Part shown: one piece after another, positions 16,266-20,000 of the stretch
How the letters are laid out: every line of letters begins with the position of its first letter
How positions within the stretch are numbered: position 1 is the first letter of the stretch
Source: an uncultured virus (IMG/VR IMGVR_UViG_3300034102_001074)
Lineage: Duplodnaviria; Heunggongvirae; Uroviricota; Caudoviricetes
Virus record (IMG/VR): IMGVR_UViG_3300034102_001074
Length of the DNA stretch: 20,000 bases
Direction: 5' to 3' (one strand)
The notes under the pieces: model-generated
What the model saw: only the letters and a program-made list of their open reading frames with translations
What the model was told of the DNA's origin: nothing
Databases searched by the model: none
Made by a program: the position numbers and the translations under genes

Positions 16266-16477
16266 TTACCGAATATAAAGAAATAGATAAATTAGTTGGA
16301 ATGACTATTGAGCCTGGCGACATAGTAAAGCTTCCAGACAATCATATTGTTTGCATTACTCGCACAGAGCCAACTCCTGAAGGATATGATTTATTCTTCT
16401 TAGATATCTTTGAAGATGAAGAGTTATGCTATTCCCTACTAGATAATGAAAGTGTGTCTTTGCTTCAGTTTGACTGA
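16262..16477 (+). CDS. Hypothetical protein (71 aa)
   Basis: ATGA overlap supports ATG 16262. Confidence 0.65.
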   Translation: MITEYKEIDKLVGMTIEPGDIVKLPDNHIVCITRTEPTPEGYDLFFLDIFEDEELCYSLLDNESVSLLQFD

Positions 16478-16568
16478 GGCAAGACCGCCGACACAAAAGT
16501 ATTGGTTTGTCAACCTTTACGAGAGTGATTAAGGTCACATGGAAAAGATCACCAGAATCCTGCAAAAA

Positions 16569-16590
16569 TGTCAGACCCCTCTGGTATGAT
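16569..16590 (+). promoter_or_regulatory. PafBC-type promoter with upstream module
   Basis: TGTCAG-acccctctgg-TATGAT. Confidence 0.75.
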
Positions 16591-16624
16591 GATAACATCA
16601 ACAACAAATAGAAAAGAGAAGCAA

Positions 16625-16783
16625 ATGGAAAACACAATCCAAGCCCCAACTGTTGGCTCACAGTTCACCACGCAGAAGTCTGCTGTAACTGGAACCGTAA
16701 CAGAAGTTAAGGAAAACAAGAATGGTACTTTGCGTATCAAACTTGATGTGAACGGTCAAGACCGTTGGACTACTGTTAAGTAG
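16625..16783 (+). CDS. Small beta-rich protein (52 aa)
   Basis: True start is likely 16625; the track's 16568 ATG is part of the promoter motif. Confidence 0.7.
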   Translation: MENTIQAPTVGSQFTTQKSAVTGTVTEVKENKNGTLRIKLDVNGQDRWTTVK

Positions 16784-16793
16784 TTAATTGACT

Positions 16794-16827
16794 TGGGTGG
16801 GGTGTTTTTACCCTTGCACCCCACCCA
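16794..16827 (+). terminator. GC-rich stem-loop (terminator or processing site)
   Basis: TGGGTGGGGTG/CACCCCACCCA 11-bp stem; no U-tract. Confidence 0.5.
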
Positions 16828-16834
16828 CACAAAT

Positions 16835-16856
16835 TGTCAGACCTATCTGATAAGAT
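16835..16856 (+). promoter_or_regulatory. PafBC-type promoter
   Basis: TGTCAG-acctatctga-TAAGAT. Confidence 0.75.
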
Positions 16857-16886
16857 AAACTTACCTACTAAAGAATGGAGTCCACA

Positions 16887-17372
16887 ATGGGACTAGATAT
16901 GTATCTTCGTGCAAGTGAATACATTTCACGCACCGATTGGGGTCGTGATGAGAATGGTGACATTCTTGACACACCTAATGAAACATTTAAGAAAATTGTT
17001 GAAGCATTTGAAATGGAAGATGTTATTGACAAGCAAGGCTTTGCTGGCATCTCTATTGATTTCCCAATGGGTTACTGGCGTAAGGCTAATCAGATTCATC
17101 AATGGTTTGTTGATAATGTTCAAGACGGTGAAGATAACTGTGGTTCATACTATGTAACCCGTCAACAGTTAGAAGAATTAAAAGCAACCTGCATTGAAGT
17201 TCTTGCACATAAAGAATTGGCAGAAGATTTATTGCCAACAGGTGCAGGATTCTTTTTTGGTTCAACTACTTATGATGAATACTACTATGCTGGTTTGAAT
17301 GAAACCATTGAGATTATTAATCGTTGTCTTGAAAGTAGATTTGATGGCTTTGAATACCAATCATCTTGGTAG
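16887..17372 (+). CDS. Conserved hypothetical phage protein (161 aa)
   Basis: MGLDMYL, YWRKANQIHQWFV, LLPT..GFFFGS..YDEYY, YQSSW; GGAG RBS. Confidence 0.8.
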   Translation: MGLDMYLRASEYISRTDWGRDENGDILDTPNETFKKIVEAFEMEDVIDKQGFAGISIDFPMGYWRKANQIHQWFVDNVQDGEDNCGSYYVTRQQLEELKATCIEVLAHKELAEDLLPTGAGFFFGSTTYDEYYYAGLNETIEIINRCLESRFDGFEYQSSW

Positions 17373-17428
17373 TAGGTTACATCCGAAACCAAAACCTGCC
17401 ACAGCCACGCAGGTAAAATAAAGGGGAC

Positions 17429-17464
17429 AGTCCTAAGCACCATACTCAGACTATAAACTGCTTA
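17429..17464 (+). ncRNA. Candidate H-type pseudoknot RNA, copy B (5' of tRNA)
   Basis: AGTC-C-TAAGCA-CCATACTCA-GACT-ATAAAC-TGCTTA. Confidence 0.55.
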
Positions 17465-17470
17465 CCATAA

Positions 17471-17544
17471 GGTCTGTTAGCTCAATTGGTTAGAGCACTA
17501 CCCTGTCACGGTAGAGGTTGTGGGTTCAAGTCCCATACAGATCG
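17471..17544 (+). tRNA. tRNA-Asp (GTC)
   Basis: Cloverleaf: acceptor GGTCTGT/ACAGATC, D arm GCTC/GAGC, anticodon arm CTACC/GGTAG with GTC at 17505-17507, T loop TTCAAGT, discriminator G. CCA not encoded. Confidence 0.95.
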
Positions 17545-17635
17545 CAAAATCGGGTCGGCAGCTTTATAACAGCAATATAACAATTACGAAATGCTTACGA
17601 ATTCACAGGAAATTACACTAAATAAGTTTGGTAAA

Positions 17636-17657
17636 TGTCAGACCCCTATGCTATGAT
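17636..17657 (+). promoter_or_regulatory. PafBC-type promoter with upstream module
   Basis: TGTCAG-acccctatgc-TATGAT. Confidence 0.75.
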
Positions 17658-17688
17658 AATCTTATCAAACACTAACAAAGGAAAAAAC

Positions 17689-18684
17689 GTGTCTATTGAC
17701 CAAATTGAAATTGTAAACGGCAAGGCTTCTTATGCTTCCTTGCGTGTACCTGCCTACCACCAACTTGGAACTGTATTCCAAAATGAAGTGACCACATCAG
17801 AAATGCTAGAACTAGCAAACCTTGATAACTGGGATGTACGTCTTGAAGATGTTGCACTACCTGAAAACTACACATCAGTAAAGTCTAACTTTCTTGTTGT
17901 TCGTAATCATCCAGCAGACAAGCATCCAGATGTTTTATCTGTTGTAGGTGAGCGTTACAAGGTATTGCAGAATGAAGAACTATTTGCATTTGGTGATAAC
18001 TTGCTTGACGGTGGACGTTGGGAAGTTGCTGGTTCTCTAAAGCAAGGTAGACTTGTCTTTGGTGCATTAGCACTTGAGCGTGAAACCATACTTGACCCAA
18101 CAGGTGTTGCAGACGTAGTTAAGAATTACCTTGCTATCTCTACAAGCCACGATGGTTCTAGTGCTGTTCAAGCAACTGTTACTCCAATCCGTATGACCTG
18201 TATGAATACTCACACCGCAGTATTCCGCAAGGGTGCTAAGCAGTCTTTCAAGTTACGTCACACACAGTCATTAGACGGACGTGTTGCACAGGCTCGTCAA
18301 GCACTTGGTCTTGCTAACACTTACATTGATGAGTTTGAAGTTATGGCTAAGGCTATGATTGAAAAGGAAATCACTAAGTCTAAGTTTGCTGAAATTGTTG
18401 CAACCGCTTACCCAATGCCAGACAAGGACACTAGAGGTGCTATGACTAAGTGGGAAAACAAGATTGAATTGCTAGATGAAATCTATGGTGGTGACACTAA
18501 CGGAATGATTGCTGGTAATGCTTGGGGTGCTTACAATGCACTAACAGAACGCTTAGACTGGTATCGCTCTGCCCGTAGTGAAAACAAGGAAAGTATCCTA
18601 ATGGGTGCTAGTGGCTTTGACCCTGTTGTAAATGCAGAAAAGAATAAGTTGCTATCCATTGTGCGTGAGTTGGCTGAGGTCTAA
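17689..18684 (+). CDS. DUF932-family phage/plasmid protein
   Basis: YHQLG, LDNWDV, VVGERYKVLQNEELF, AGSLKQGRLVF, SHDGS, TPIRMTCMNT, RHT, AWGAYNALTE..D. GTG start after AAGGA. Confidence 0.8.
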   Translation: MSIDQIEIVNGKASYASLRVPAYHQLGTVFQNEVTTSEMLELANLDNWDVRLEDVALPENYTSVKSNFLVVRNHPADKHPDVLSVVGERYKVLQNEELFAFGDNLLDGGRWEVAGSLKQGRLVFGALALERETILDPTGVADVVKNYLAISTSHDGSSAVQATVTPIRMTCMNTHTAVFRKGAKQSFKLRHTQSLDGRVAQARQALGLANTYIDEFEVMAKAMIEKEITKSKFAEIVATAYPMPDKDTRGAMTKWENKIELLDEIYGGDTNGMIAGNAWGAYNALTERLDWYRSARSENKESILMGASGFDPVVNAEKNKLLSIVRELAEV

Positions 18685-18695
18685 CTCCAACACAC

Positions 18696-18730
18696 CCAGT
18701 TTCCTGACTTGACAAAGTTGGGAAATTGGG
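18696..18730 (+). terminator. Long stem-loop after DUF932 gene
   Basis: CCCAGTTTCCTGACTT-gaca-AAGTTGGGAAATTGGG pairs fully with G-U wobbles. Confidence 0.55.
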
Positions 18731-18797
18731 TCGGCACGTTAAGATCCAAAGCTCTTGTTACGACACTTAAGAAATACTCACGGGAATCACCAGAAAA

Positions 18798-18819
18798 TGT
18801 CAGACCTATCTGCTATGAT
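18798..18819 (+). promoter_or_regulatory. PafBC-type promoter with upstream module
   Basis: TGTCAG-acctatctgc-TATGAT. Confidence 0.75.
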
Positions 18820-18849
18820 GTAATCATAACCTACTAGAAAGAAGAACAA

Positions 18850-19617
18850 ATGCCAAACTGGGTATTTAATTCACTTGTTGTATCAGGTGAGCAATCAGAA
18901 TTAGATAAGATGGTTGAACAACTTAACCAGCCATTCACTATGCACCACCCTGTTCATAAGTTTGTTGATGGTAAGTACACAAAGGTTGCTGACTTTGAAG
19001 AATACAACAATCCTGTATTTGCTTTTTGGAACATTGTAAAACCAACAGACCTTGAATCATACTATGAAAAAGAAGTCTTTACTAAGAAGCAACTTGATGG
19101 TGAAGAATTTATGGCAGAGTTTGTTCGCTCTATGCGTGAAGACCAAGACTGGTATCATTGGAACTGCCGTAACTGGGGAACTAAATGGGACGTATGTGTA
19201 TCTGATGACAATGAGTATCCTAATACTATTAAAACTGTTAATGATGATGGTTCTGTTATGTATCACTTTGAAACCGCTTGGAGTCCTGTTGGAGAGGCTC
19301 TACTAAAACTATCAGAACAATACCCAACTCTTGAGTTTGACTATGAGTATGAGGAGGAGACTGGTTGGGGTGGTTCTTGCACATTCAAGGCTGGAGAAGA
19401 CATTGCCTGTGATGAGTATGATTTCCCAATGTCCCACGCTGACTACAAAGATAGAGATAAGGAATGCATCTGTGAGTATGGAGACCCAGAGAACGGCTAT
19501 GAAGATTGCCCTGTAGATACTACAAAATACAGGTGGGATAACGAACTGGAGGAATGGCAAGAAATGTCAGACCTCTCTGATACACTAGTATCAACAAACA
19601 ACCTACAAGGAGAATAA
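18850..19617 (+). CDS. DUF1281/YubB-like protein (255 aa)
   Basis: MPNW..N, DWYHWNCRNWGTKWD, FETAWSP, LSEQYPTLEF...YEEE. Confidence 0.75.
   Translation: MPNWVFNSLVVSGEQSELDKMVEQLNQPFTMHHPVHKFVDGKYTKVADFEEYNNPVFAFWNIVKPTDLESYYEKEVFTKKQLDGEEFMAEFVRSMREDQDWYHWNCRNWGTKWDVCVSDDNEYPNTIKTVNDDGSVMYHFETAWSPVGEALLKLSEQYPTLEFDYEYEEETGWGGSCTFKAGEDIACDEYDFPMSHADYKDRDKECICEYGDPENGYEDCPVDTTKYRWDNELEEWQEMSDLSDTLVSTNNLQGE
19565..19586 (+). promoter_or_regulatory. PafBC-type promoter inside 3' end of upstream CDS
   Basis: TGTCAG-acctctctga-TACACT. Confidence 0.72.
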
Positions 19618-19618
19618 C

Positions 19619-20000
19619 GTGGAGTTTACCACAGGAGAGCCAACATTTGGCATACCAGCAACCATAACAGAATACAAGCCAGAGTATGACCCAAAGGCAA
19701 CTATTGTTGTCCGAAAGGGTTACTACTACGGTACACCGTCAGACTCAAAGTTTGAAACAGAAAATGCAGACGACATTTCTAGAACTTACTGGAGACTAGA
19801 GGCAGTACAAGAAACTAACAACCGTAACTCAAGAGCACAAGACAAGTTAAAAGATTATCTTGTTGAGAACTTTGATGAGATTGGCGAAGAACACGCAACT
19901 GAAATTGCAAACATCTTTGGTATTGACTTGTCCAAGGAAGTTGAAGTTGAATTCAATGTAACAATCAAGGCAACAGTTTCTATTCCTGTCAATGAAGATG
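19619..20000 (+). CDS. Hypothetical protein (runs off window)
   Basis: GTG after AAGGAG; frame open to the window end. Confidence 0.7.
   Translation, partial: MEFTTGEPTFGIPATITEYKPEYDPKATIVVRKGYYYGTPSDSKFETENADDISRTYWRLEAVQETNNRNSRAQDKLKDYLVENFDEIGEEHATEIANIFGIDLSKEVEVEFNVTIKATVSIPVNED

Noticed and set aside
16568..17688. ORF-track starts MSDP... at 16568 and 17635
   Set aside because: The ATG is part of the promoter motif ATGTCAGACC; RBS-supported starts lie at 16625 and 17689.
13675..18714. TTGACA hexamers at 13675, 14372, 15214, 16231, 18709 as sigma-A promoters
   Set aside because: No -10 hexamer at 16-18 bp; four are better explained as arms of the upstream module.
10587..19560. Alternative-frame or antisense ORFs (10587, 11382, 13936, 14711, 15059, 16356, 16549, 16868, 16909, 16926, 17693, 17885, 19052, 19057, 19312, 19331)
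   Set aside because: They overlap better-supported genes and run against, or out of frame with, the promoter/RBS organisation.
12280..19586. Repeated TGTCAGACC units as a CRISPR array or integron attC sites
   Set aside because: Spacing is irregular (hundreds of bp), whole genes intervene, there is no attC-type palindrome, and no cas or integrase gene is in the window.

Overview
AT-rich segment of a tailed dsDNA phage genome, most likely a large phage of Actinobacteria (inferred from the lysis-cassette proteins, leaderless promoters and promoter motif). The left ~11 kb is mostly a minus-strand late/metabolic block: probable portal N-terminus, LamG-type tail protein, class II ribonucleotide reductase, tail fibre/baseplate proteins, a GT-B glycosyltransferase, holin-like proteins and hsp20. 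Transcription diverges at a cluster of about 14 DnaA boxes (12002-12221) flanked by imperfect inverted arms. From ~11.4 kb to the end lies a field of small genes plus tRNA-Asp, DUF932-like and DUF1281-like genes. This field carries 15 copies of TGTCRG-N10-TAnnnT, which matches the actinobacterial PafBC (RecA-independent DNA-damage) promoter. Six copies are preceded by a longer phased module, and a seventh module core lies inside the DnaA array. Candidate RNAs: a covarying pseudoknot (two copies), a ROSE-like hsp20 thermometer and a symmetric 16-nt repeat leader. Family calls come from motif recognition by eye, not database searches.
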